Shown here: piece by piece, positions 10,701 through 22,828 of the stretch
How the letters are laid out: the number at the start of each line of letters is the position of its first letter
Position numbering within the stretch: the stretch's first letter is position 1
DNA from: Chrysomallon squamiferum
Lineage: Eukaryota; Animalia; Mollusca
Length of the DNA stretch: 64,000 nucleotides
Reading direction: 5' to 3'
Assembly: GCA_012295275.1 (NCBI GenBank)
Contig: CM022675.1
Location: 17,050,001 to 17,114,000, forward strand
Program-made: the position numbers and the translations under genes
Notes under the pieces: model-generated
Database searches by the model: none
The model's input: the letters and a program-made list of their open reading frames with translations, nothing else
Told to the model about the DNA's origin: nothing

Positions 10701-13700
10701 GACAGTTTCAGTGTTAGTAACTCATTCTGAAAAAAAAATGAAAGATTTATATGCAGGAAAAAGGTTACATATGCAGTAATTATACAGGATTGAAGGTAAT
10801 TTTATTTTAAAATTTTGATAAAGTACTTTAGTAAATAGTTATATCGTATATTGTGTTTCAGGTTGATCCAAGAGTGCCAAAGCCACCCAAGCCACCAGAC
10901 AAGCCATTGATGCCATACATGCGGTACAGCCGAAAGGTGAGTAGAAAGGTGAGCTCGATCGCGACATCGGAAAACTATTTTTTTTTTCAGTTCAATAGAC
11001 TGTCTGTAGATTGTGTATTGCGACATCAGAAACATTTTTCTCAGTTCTGTAGTCTGTTTGTAGTGCTGTTTGTGTGTATTTATATTTCAGCATCATTGTT
11101 TTTATTCATATTTGCTGTTTTGTGAGCTTCACCATTTAAAATGTGTTGTAGAATGTTTTCTTCAGTAATCATTTCAGTTATTTCTTTTTAGTAAGATTTC
11201 AAAAATAAGAAATTTACTGTTGTATTTATTTATTTTATTTTTATTTTATTTTTTTGTCATGTGACTTTATAAGCCAAATTTAAAAAGAGTTAAATAAAGT
11301 TTTAAAATAAAAATAGTTGGAGGGCTACTTCAGAAATAACAGCTTTTTTTTGTTAACAAAGTTTTATTGGAATAACCTATGCACCACTTACAAATATTGT
11401 TTGAATATCAGTACAGCAATACTGACCAGGACAGAGTGAGAACTCAGTGACTAACACTGTCAATGCAGTGAATGACATTTTATTTCCAAAAACGTTTTAT
11501 TATTAAAATATCATTCAGCACATAACAAATTTGTGTGAATGGAATATGAGTTACAGAAGAGCAGTACTGTGTGACCCTCATATATATATTTATGTTAAGT
11601 TGTGAGAATATGCAGGAATTGACACTTTTTCTTTATCACTGAAATGTACTGATGCACTGACTCTGTCATTGCCAGCTAATACTTTCCTCAGTTATCCAAC
11701 ATTCTTCTACATTTCTGTTTGATGATCTCATTTTATCAGCAACAACCTGTCATTTTATTGTCAAAATAATTAGAAGACTGAGAAAAAAGAAGAACAAAAA
11801 CTGGAAATCTGCAGTCACAAATAGTACACTTTAAGCCTATAGTTAGCAGTTACTAATTAGAAATATGTGAATATATAAAATTGTATAGAACCAATAATCA
11901 ATTAATACAATAATAGTCTTTGTAGATTGTAAATAACAAGGACAGATAGTTGATATGTATATGTTATATGTAGTTAGACATGGTTAATTTTAAGTGTATT
12001 AACTGCATGTTGAATACTGGTGCATGCTTTAAAATTCTGTTATAATAATCATTAAATGTTTGAATGAAAAAAATAATTATATCAGTAAACACACCGATAA
12101 TGTTTTTAATTGTTAATAATTATTTAACTTGCAACTATATATGTATGTATGTATATATATAGTTGCAAGTTAAATAATTTGTTTCTTAGATGGGTAATGT
12201 GTAAAGTGTATTATTATTTTTATTTTACTGAGGGGGGACATTTGACTAATTTTATTGTTTATTAATAATTAAATACTTTTTTAATAACAGTAATTTTATT
12301 AATATAAATAATTTAACGAGAAAATACATCAAATACATCACAATTATCATTTATTATAAACAGCCTTAAAAATAATTTTAAAAAATGAATAATAATTTCT
12401 AAAAATTATTTTAAATATCAAATTAATAATATGTTCATATAAGTCTCAAAATAAAGTTACTGTATTTTTATTAATTTTATAGAATTCTGCAATAATTTTA
12501 TTTATATATCAATAAATACTACCTTTAATAACATAAATAAAGGTAGTAATAATTTTTAAAAGGTGAATATTTGAGTATACATTGCATGATTGTTGTCATT
12601 ATGTTTTGTGTGTTGACTCGTCATTTCGTTTAAGGTATGGGAACAAGTGAAAGCTACAAACCCTGACCTTAAACTTTGGGAAATCGGAAAAATCATTGGC
12701 AGCATGTGGCGAGATCTGAATGAATCACAGAAACAAGAATTTATCGACGAGTATGAATCTGAAAAGGTTATTTTGATTTTTGAAGATTATTAATATTTGT
12801 GTGTATTACTGATATTTTTAAAATTTTCTGTTCTCAAAATAGATGTTATATCTTTGTTTTGCATCAGTTCTGATAATAACTGAAAAATTATTCTTTCAAA
12901 TATTTAGTAATTTTTTATCTATTTATTTTATATATTGAAATAAATTATTATTTCACATTCTGCCAGTCATATATTTGAGCTTTTTTTAACCACTGGTTGA
13001 GGTCATCATAGAAAAGAAATTATTCACATTTTTAAAAAGTGATTCTGTTATAATTAAAGAGTGAAAACCACCCAAAACAAGCAAATACAAATTTTAAAAT
13101 CTTTTCTGTGGTTCAGGCACTTATGTTTTCTATGATTATAATTATAGAAATCAAGATATCTATTTATTTTACTGAATTTGATTAGAATCATATTTTATTG
13201 TTTTTGGACTGCTTAATTTTAAAATTGTTTGTACAATTTTTTTATTTTTTTTATTATTTACTTAATATGTTTACTTAATCTGTATTTTTCAGGCTGTGTA
13301 CACAGAGGCTTTGAAAGCGTACCACAACTCACCAGCCTATCAGGCCTATGTGGCTGCAAAAAGCAAAGGTTTTAAAACTATTGTATTTTAATTTTTAATA
13401 TCATTTTACTGTTTAATGTTACTTTTAATAATACTTTGCAGTAGTATTGAATATCACATTTTATTGTAATTATTCTCCATCTTTAAATATATTTTGTTTT
13501 AATTGAATACAAATTTTATTAATTAGGTCTGGCTTTTTATCTTTTAAAAAGTTGACTCATTAAGTTTTTAATATCTAAGTGGTTCATACAGGTTTAAAAT
13601 AAACATCTCAACTGTGACTATACACCAGCAATCTATGTGTGTATGTAAACTCTCTCAGTTTTGAATGCAGTTCACTCTAATTTTATGCAATGTCATTGTG

Positions 13701-16700
13701 GGTCCCATTGCTTTCTCTGTAGGAATTTGTACTAATTTGTCTGTTTCAAACCTGAAGATTATACACACAGTATGGTGTATTTTTTTTTTTTTTTTTTAAA
13801 TCAGTGAAATAATTTAAAAAGAAATATCTTTATTTGTCTTGCTACATTACAAATTAGTTACGTTTTGTATATATGTATTTCAAAGTGTTTAATTCATGTT
13901 GTGTTTGCATTTGAATTTAGTGATGTGGTCATTAAAAAAAAAAGGAATACTTAATGAAAACTAATTATAACTTTGAAATGTACTCCCAGCAAGTTAAAAT
14001 TTAGAGTTTACTCTAAGGATTTAAAAAAAATGTATATTTTAAAAGTTACTAATACGGGCAAGTTGGTAGTTTAAATTCAAATGAATGGTGAATTTTTCAG
14101 CATCCTCAGATGCAGCTATAGAGGAGGAGGAGGAACGTGAAAGATCTCGGCAGTCTAGCAGATCAGCAGCACAGGTAAACATGGATTTTTTATTTCTTTT
14201 TATAAACAAGATCAGTAATAAAACACAGATAAACTGTTTTTTATTTCTTTCTGCAAACAAGCTGTGTGATAAAAATATTCTTAGATACTCACAAGAATCT
14301 TTTTTAGCTGATCATATTTTTTAAACATTGTGTAGATTATGCCTTAAATATTTCAGTAAATTTTGTCTGTCAAAACAGTCTACATGAATTTTTTTTTTTT
14401 TTTTTGACACAAATTTTAGTATTTTAACTATATATATATATTTTTTTTTTTTTTCAAATTCAAAATTAACCTTTTTCTTTTGTTTTAATGCAGGCCAAAT
14501 TAGAGATGCCAAGGATCAGTATCCAGCCTGCTGAAGATGAAGATGGTAAAATATTGTTTTATCAAGTCATAAGAATGAATTAAAATGATAATCTGCAGCT
14601 TATTTTGCAATGTATTGAAGTTGGCATTAATATAAAAAAGAACACCTTATTTTATTTTTAAATATTAAAAAAAATAAAAAAATAAAATACTGATTGATTT
14701 TGTTTATATATATATATCTGTTTTGTTGTGATAACCTAATTAAGTTTTAAAATGAAACAAAATATAAATATTAAATAATAGTAATACTAATAAAAATCAA
14801 TATTAATTTCAAAACCTGATCACTGAAATTTCACAACAAATACTGTGAGTTTGTGATAAGTGCTCATTAAAGTATATTTGACAGCTTATAATTCAAACAT
14901 TCTCTTACAAAAATCACAACATTACTTGTTAATTAATTGTATTTTAATTAGATAATATTGATTTACTTTTAGATCCTGATGATGGCTTCTCTGTGAAACA
15001 CATAGCTCATGCACGTTACAGTCGAAATCATCGTTTAATTAATGAAATTTTCAGCGAGTTTGTTGTCCCCGATGTGAGGACTGTGGTGACAACAGGACGA
15101 ATGAGTGTGTTAAAGAGACAAGTTCAGTCTCTAACAATGCATCAGGTGGGTGGGTGTAAATGATAACAGTGTGAAAGTGTTAAAGAGAAGCTCAAACAGT
15201 AGGATTTATGAATAGACTGTGTTTTTCTGAGTTAGAGATTCTGTGATGAGTGATGGGCAAAACAATTAATTTAACCATTTATTTGGATATAGATATAAAA
15301 CAGATTAGCGTTTTTCTGAGATCATATGTTATGTTGAGTTCGTATTTCAAGTGTTTAACCATGTCTCATGTATATTGGTATGTATGTGTGTACAGTTGTA
15401 TCTGTTTATATTTTTTATTATATATTTACTATGAGAGGCATATGTTTACTTTATTTAAATATGATTTTGTTTGAAAGAAAAAGTTGGAAGAGGAGCTACA
15501 GACTATAGAAGAAAGACATGAAGTGAAGAAACGAAAGTTTATTGAGTCGAGTGAACAGTTCCACAAAGAACTGAAAAAAGTAAGTTTAAATTTATCTAAT
15601 GAAAATATCTATAGTTTTGAAATGTGTAGTGGAACAATAATTTAGTTTATGTGTAAATTATTTTATTAAAATAAGCAAATTTTAATTGTTTTTCTGAAAT
15701 TTTTATGTCTCTGTATTTTCATTTGTTTGTGCATATAAGATCTCTTTCTAGTAATATGTGTAGGGTTGTTTGATTTTTAATTTTTATTTCAGGTTATTAT
15801 TTATTATAAAATAAAACCAGCCTATGAATTAATGTTTAGATATTTGAACTTGCTTTAAAGTAAGTTCTGTGAGCATTTTTAAAAAGTAATTTCAAAGACT
15901 GACTTACCTTTATATATTTTGTAACTAACAATATTCTGTTGTGACATAAATTAGCACTGCTATTTACTTTTTTTATTCTTAAGTTATGTGAAAACAAACC
16001 TCAAGTGACAGAAGAAATGTTCAATGCCATGATCCAGAAAGCAAAAGAAGACCTGAAACAGAGACATCAGCAGCTGCTACAGCAACAGGAAGAAGAGAGA
16101 AAGAAACAGAATCTTAAAGATGAGGAGGAAAGAAAAAAGATGGAAGTTGCAAAGAAGAATGTCTCTCCAGCAGAGAACCCAGATATCCTGATGGACGAAG
16201 ACAGCCAACAGATGAATCCATTGGTATTGTGTATCTTTTAAATAGTTACTAAGATTTAATAGTGAATTTTTAATTTTCTTTTTTAAGGTTTTGTGGTATT
16301 AGAATACATTGTGTGCTTAGAATAAATTTTACAATATTGCTAAAAGACATATGTTATTTAGCAGTTTGAACTGTAACACTGTATTATTTACTACATATTG
16401 TATTTACTTAAATAACAGAAGATTCAATTGTTTTCTCTGTTTATTTATTAGCCAAACATTAGTGAGCAAATATCGGAATCTCAGAAACCCACCAAGATGG
16501 AGGTGGATGAAGAATCTACCAGTGATCCACCAAAACCAGAGGAGAGTGATTCACAGGACACTATTGTTGAGGTGTGAAATAACAATTAAATATAAATTTA
16601 CAACTAAACCAAAAGTTTTCTTTTGCCATTTTATCTTTTCTTTACTTCCTATCCAAACCCTCTGGTTCTTGTTTTATTTGATTTAAAATACATAACAAAG

Positions 16701-18140
16701 ATTTATACACAATTATGATTAAAAACTGACACAAATATTCATTTATTCATTAATTCACTGAATTTTATTTTATTAGGATTCTAGCGTTAAGCCTGATTCA
16801 GACGATACAGACAAAGACGACACACCTGCCCCTGATCTGACTGCTGCACCAACCCTACAGCAAGATGGAAAACCCCAACCTGATGAGATGTCACAGAATC
16901 TTAAAGAAAACAGCCCACCTGCTCTAGAGAGAATAAAAATGGATCAAACACCAGACGAACGTTAGTGTGAAATGTGTAAAAATTAGATGTGAATTTTAGA
17001 CCTTGCTTCTTTTAACCTCAGTAATGAGGTTATCAGCTAAGCTCTTGTGCTGGTTATATAACAGAACATCCATCAATTTGTCTTTTAATCTCATCTATGA
17101 AAGTTTTATCTTCACTCTTTTTTAATACTCAAGTAATACTCAATCTCAATAGCTGATTTTTTTCTTAATTTTAGTTTCTCTTACCCTTAGTAAATTTACA
17201 AGTACTGGTCATCTCTCAGTGTTATGTGAATAAACAGTGGCTATTATAACCTTAAATATCAGAGTTATGTAACAAGATATATTTTTATTCTGAGGTAGAA
17301 GTTACAAAACAAGACTTTTTCTTAATCCCAAATGTGAGTTGTATAGTGAAGTTTAACCTCAAATACAAATGAAATATTCAAAATATATCTGTATTATATC
17401 TGATAAAACAGCATATTTTTCTCATGCCTCCAGTGTGCTATGTAAAATAATAATGCTTCACTTGAGCATTCTTCTGAAGTCTGTGTACCAAAATATTTGT
17501 CATGTGATTTGTGATGATTAAGTATTATAATCTATATTATATGTTTAATTACTGAGTAAGAAATGTATTTATAATTTTAAGGCATTAATAATTTTAAAAA
17601 ATTGAAGTAATGTTGAAATTATTATGTGAATTTTATCTGATCATTTTATTTAATGAAATAAGAATTTAAAATATATGTAAATAATTTAAATTAATGATGT
17701 AAAATGTGTTTTGTGATTATTTTGTTTTTAAATGTTAAACTCAATTTAACATTGTATTAAAAAGCTTAAATATTGAAAGACAATTATCATTCCCAGATTA
17801 AAATGATAAAATTGAAAAAAGTTTAAGACATGTCAACATCTTTGATTTATAAATATAGTTGAAGAAAATTTCAATGTAAGTACTTCAATTTCATGCTTTA
17901 AATAAATATAAAAATTAAAAAAGAAAATTCCTCAACAATTCTGCTATCCATTTTCTAATAGAAGAACATCCATCTGAAATCATTGCTCCTGAACCACCGT
18001 CAGAAACATCTAGTGTCAGTGATCACAGTCAGGAAAAGACAACTCCATCTGAGGAGACAACTGAAGATGAAGGCAAAGAAAAAGAAGATCAAAAGACAGA
18101 ACCTAAAGAAGATGAACCAAACCAAACTGAAGCACAGTGA
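7723..18140 (+). CDS. SMARCE1: SWI/SNF (BAF) subunit SMARCE1/BAF57, HMG box + NHRLI + coiled coil, about 523 aa
   Basis: Exons with GT-AG ends and consistent phases: 7723-7771 (MSLPNFK), 8991-9028, 9970-10047 (HGHPAF), 10862-10936 ([20 protein letters not shown]), 12635-12766 ([25 protein letters not shown]), 13293-13368 ([10 protein letters not shown]), 14101-14174, 14494-14545 (IQPAEDED), 14973-15145 ([14 protein letters not shown]), 15478-15579, 15984-16223, 16452-16571, 16777-16960, 17962-18140 (TGA). Confidence 0.95.
12118..12179. repeat. Perfect inverted repeat centred on a TA/TATG microsatellite
   Basis: aattatttaacttgcaactatata ... tatatagttgcaagttaaataatt. Confidence 0.9.
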
Positions 18141-20095
18141 AGACTTTTACTAAAGCACAATCAAAAAACCAATACAAAAAATCCCAGCAAATTGGGAGAT
18201 TGTATATGATGGTAAACAAAACAAATTATCTCCAAATGTAAAAATCATTTTGTAATATTACTGCTTTTTTTCTTAGTTGAATGCAGTGTTGTGAAAAAAA
18301 CTAAATACTGTCAATGTGATTTGTGTTTGAATATCAAAAATTATTTCCAAGTATTTAAAATAATTAACAAAGATTAAAGTTATATTTTGAGATGAATATG
18401 ATGAGAGTTAAATTAGTTTGGATGACTAACAGTATTTTAATAATTGTGCTTCACATGTAAAGTAAGAATATATGTGATTAAAGAAAATGAATTATTTAAA
18501 AAATAACCTTTGCTATAATGTTATCTCTAAAATATTTAAATGAATGTGATGAAACCAAATTATACCTAAATATTTCTTACAGTATTTTAAATAACTTTGT
18601 TTGATATACTGAATAATATAAAGACAAAACAAAATCATGTTAATATGCATTGATGGAAAGAAAATGAAAACTTGCTGAATACAGAAGCATTTTTAAAATT
18701 AAATCAGTGCTTTGTCAAAAGAAAAGCATATTAAATTTTAATATTAGTGGTGTTTTACACATGGTATTTTGAAAGTTAAAGTAATATATTATGTAAAGAA
18801 AGTAATCGGGTAAAACTGATATATATCAAAAGAATTCTTCAGCATTTGAGAATTACAATATAGTATAAAAAAAACAGGACGCAAAATAATAAACAATTTT
18901 TAATTATTTAACTAAGTAAAATACACCCTGTTTTCTTTCTTTCTGGTTGTATGTTTTGTGGATGATGTACAGGCTAGAAAACATGTCAGTGTTTATAGTT
19001 CTTAAAAAAGTGTTGTTAAAGACATTTTTTATTCTTTTTCTAAACTGGATTTTAAATACTTTTCAGGCCAAAAATAGGATGTTCCTGAATCTCAAGTATC
19101 ATCATCATCCATCTTATTTCATATTATACACAAGAATGCGTATATCAAGCTAGTTTCATATAAACATACATTTTGCAAAAATAAATCATAACATTATCTC
19201 TTTTCTTACGTTGTTAATTTAATAATCTCCTTCATTAACCAAATAAATCAGTGCAAAGTTGCAGATATTCAGATATTTGTTCAGATAATGCCAGATTTGT
19301 TATATATTTTTTAGTATAAATAGTAATTTTTATAAATAATTTAACTACACAAAATTTAGATGTTTTGGATTTGTAATATGAAATTTACACATTATATTTG
19401 AAATCTTTAAAAATAAACTCAATTCTGTCATTACAACAGAAAACTTTTGTTTTTAGTATATTTATTTTCAACAGAAATTATGACTGCACACAAATTATTA
19501 GTGAAAATAATATTGAAAAAATCAGCATGAACAAAGCATTAGATAAAAATGTTATGACTAATTTGTCAAATTAACTAAAAGAAAATATGTGAACATACAA
19601 TAATGAAGTTTCAAACTATTCCTGTTATTACAGCCAGTAGAAGTAAAACTTTTTTCTTTTTTTTTATTAATGAAAGTATATATATATACTATTGTTATTA
19701 AGAAAATCAAGACAACTCCACAATGATCAGATTTTTTCAAAAATAATGTATTATTGCTCTAATTTATTACACAGGTGTGAAAAAAATGCAAATTTTAGAT
19801 CAGATTAATTTAAAATATCTTAATAAACTAAGTTACTGCCTATAAATGTCTTCTTTTTTTTGTTTAATGGAATAAGAATGACAAACATTGCTTCTTTTCT
19901 CAGTTATTAAACTGAAAAATCTAAATACTACAATTTAAAGCAGTTAATGTCTTAATATCTGAATTGTGAAGTGAAAAAATAAAAAATAAAAATCATTTCT
20001 TAAAAACAGTTTAAAAAATTGTCAACATTCCTATTATTCTTTTTCACATTTCCAATATTAAGTTTTGCAGGAGGGAGCGAAAACAACAACAAAAC

Positions 20096-20133
<38 letters not shown>

Positions 20134-21488
20134 CATGTTGAATGTATAGATAAAACAAAATTAAAATCTTAAATAACTGAAATGTTTATTTCAACACAAA
20201 AAGACAATTTATACAAAACTCAAAATTTAAAACAAAATATAATGAAATGCAACAAAATATCAATATGTAAAAGCATAGTACAACTAAATGTCTGTGATGT
20301 TGTTCATCAGCTTGTTTAATTATGCAGTTAAAGGATACAAGATATAAATGAGATAAAGTATTCTGTCTTGTATTTAACAAACAGCAGTTTGAATATTGGA
20401 CCTTCAGACAGCCTAAATTGAAAACAAATAAATATGTTAACATTTCAGTAAATGTAATGTCAGAAGTTGATGAATACCATTATTTTGGACCAAGATATTG
20501 AAAATAAAGCTAAATAAATATAAAATATCTAAAAAAACAAAAAAAAAAAACACAAATGCATATACAAATAAGGAATTCATACATTAGTTACATCAACATG
20601 GTTTTTTGGGGTTTGTTCTAATGATATTTCTGTTAAGCTATGCAAAACAAAAGTATAAATAGTCATACATTTTAAAATATTTCTCTAAAAACATGTAAAA
20701 ACTGGTTTAAGTACAAAAACTAAAGCGTTAAAAAATTAGGTAACAAATATCACAAATAAATATTTTGTGGTGTTTTAATTTAATTTCTGATACAGATAAA
20801 GTGAATGTATGTGTATGTGTTGTGTTTTTAAAGTATGTAGTAAAATTTGCTTTCAGTTAATCAAATACAATTTGCCAGGATAACAACAATCTGTCATTAT
20901 GGTTTTGACAGATAAAAAAAGAAAAAAAAAGAATCGTATAATGGTTTTGTTTTGAATTATGGCATTTAGGACTGTACAGTCATTGCAGAATAAAATTAAT
21001 ATTACAAATCAATATTAAAAACACAACAGTATACCTGTATAGTGGACCAAGCAAAAAATCTGTATTTTGTTGTCTATATATAAAGTAAATAAATAAGGTT
21101 CTCATAAGTGGCATTTCTGGTAATTATTAATATAGCCATGGAGATTCTTTTGGGTTTCTTTTTTTTTTTTTTATTGTGCTACTTTAATAACATGTAAAAA
21201 ATTTGCTTGGATATGTATTAGGTTCTTAGGTTTAAAGATGAAGCATACACTGCAGGCATACTGTGGGTTAATGCATCTGAAAATATGAATATCAAAATAT
21301 AAGAAAATAAAACAGAAACAAAATCAACAAATAACAACATTAAAAAAGGAGAAATAAACATGTCACTCATTTACATAACTGTGGTACATGCAAACTAGTG
21401 GACTTTATAATGTGGTCAAGAAAGTGGTGACAAATCAACAAGTGTTTTATGAAAGCACATATCACAAGCTAACCAATCAGCAGTCAGC

Positions 21489-22794
21489 CTACAGATGCTC
21501 TGGATGCTCCCTCAAACAATCAATGAACAAAGATGGGCTCATTTCTCTTGCACATATTTTTTTAACAGCTACAAAGAGTGGAAATCTATAAAAAAATAAA
21601 AATTAAAAAAAAGGAAAAAGAAAATAAACAAAGAATTGTGATGTTATATGTTTGTAGTAATAATTCTATGAGTAAACTTTAAAAAAAAAGAAACCATAAC
21701 AGTAGTTATAGTAGTATTACCAATAACAACAAATGTGATTAAAGTAATTCTAATGGAAACAGCAGCAATAGATGTATAATGATTCATTTTAAAATCAAAA
21801 TGATAAAATATTTGTTTTTCATCATTAAAAAATAAAAATAATAATCAGAATAATCAATTACATTTTATACAATATTTTATTATAGCTGTATTTCTTAAAT
21901 AAACCATCATTTACCTATTATAAAAACCAGACTTTTCACAACAAATCAATCAGACTAATTTATGCATCAAGAAGACTGTTTTTTTTTTCACATTTTACAA
22001 ATTAATCAGACAAATTTACCTATCAAGAAGACCTTTCTTTTCCAGCATTCCATAGACTTCTCTAGCGACTCGTGGCCCTTGGAAACTCTGTCCTTTAAGA
22101 ATTTCTTTTTCTAAAACACTCACACTCTGGAGAAAATAAAGGAAAAAGAAAGTTTTTTGGTTTGTTTGAGGGTTTTGGGGGCATTTTTTACTTTTTATTT
22201 TTTTGATACATTGTTAAGGGTTAGTATTAAAAATGTTCTATTTAATTATTTATAAATAACTGTTAATGAATGTTCAGTATTATCTAGCAAGACATTTAAA
22301 ACTGAATGACAAAATAACTCTGTTATTTAGAGATTAAGCATTGAAATAATATATCCATTAACATTTATCATTCATCTGCCACATTAAAACTAGCAAATCC
22401 AAACCAACATTAAATAACTTTTAATTTGAATTTTATTATTATTTTAATATGCAAAAATTAACTTTTAGGTATATGATAAATGTGTAAATTACATAAAACA
22501 TGTTATGTTGCTAAAGAACAAGATTCACTTCACTGTACTATGTAACCTTCACTGAAAACAAGACAGCAACATTAAATGGCAAAAATAAAAGTAAAAATAA
22601 AAATTTAAAATAATAAGTATAGTAATTATCAGTTAAAAAATAAACATATTTAATGTTGAAATTTTAATGGATTTACTGTCATAGATTTGGCCTGATAGTG
22701 GAAACTGTTAGATTGTATCATCAAAACCACAGTGGTTCAGGATATACTAATTTACAAATATTATTACTTGCAATAACGTATCAAATAATGACTT

Positions 22795-22828
<34 letters not shown>

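Noticed and set aside
15243-15319. C/D-box snoRNA candidate (GTGATGA...CTGA) in a SMARCE1 intron
   Set aside because: Weak terminal stem and no recognisable rRNA guide; such boxes arise by chance
21460-21491. Stop-codon readthrough of GPD1 to a peroxisomal signal
   Set aside because: TAG-G is not a leaky context, and the extension (ADC*) has no PTS1
22075-22095. GPD1 GQSFQGP instead of GQKLQGP
   Set aside because: Similar substitutions occur in other invertebrate GPDHs; other catalytic motifs are intact
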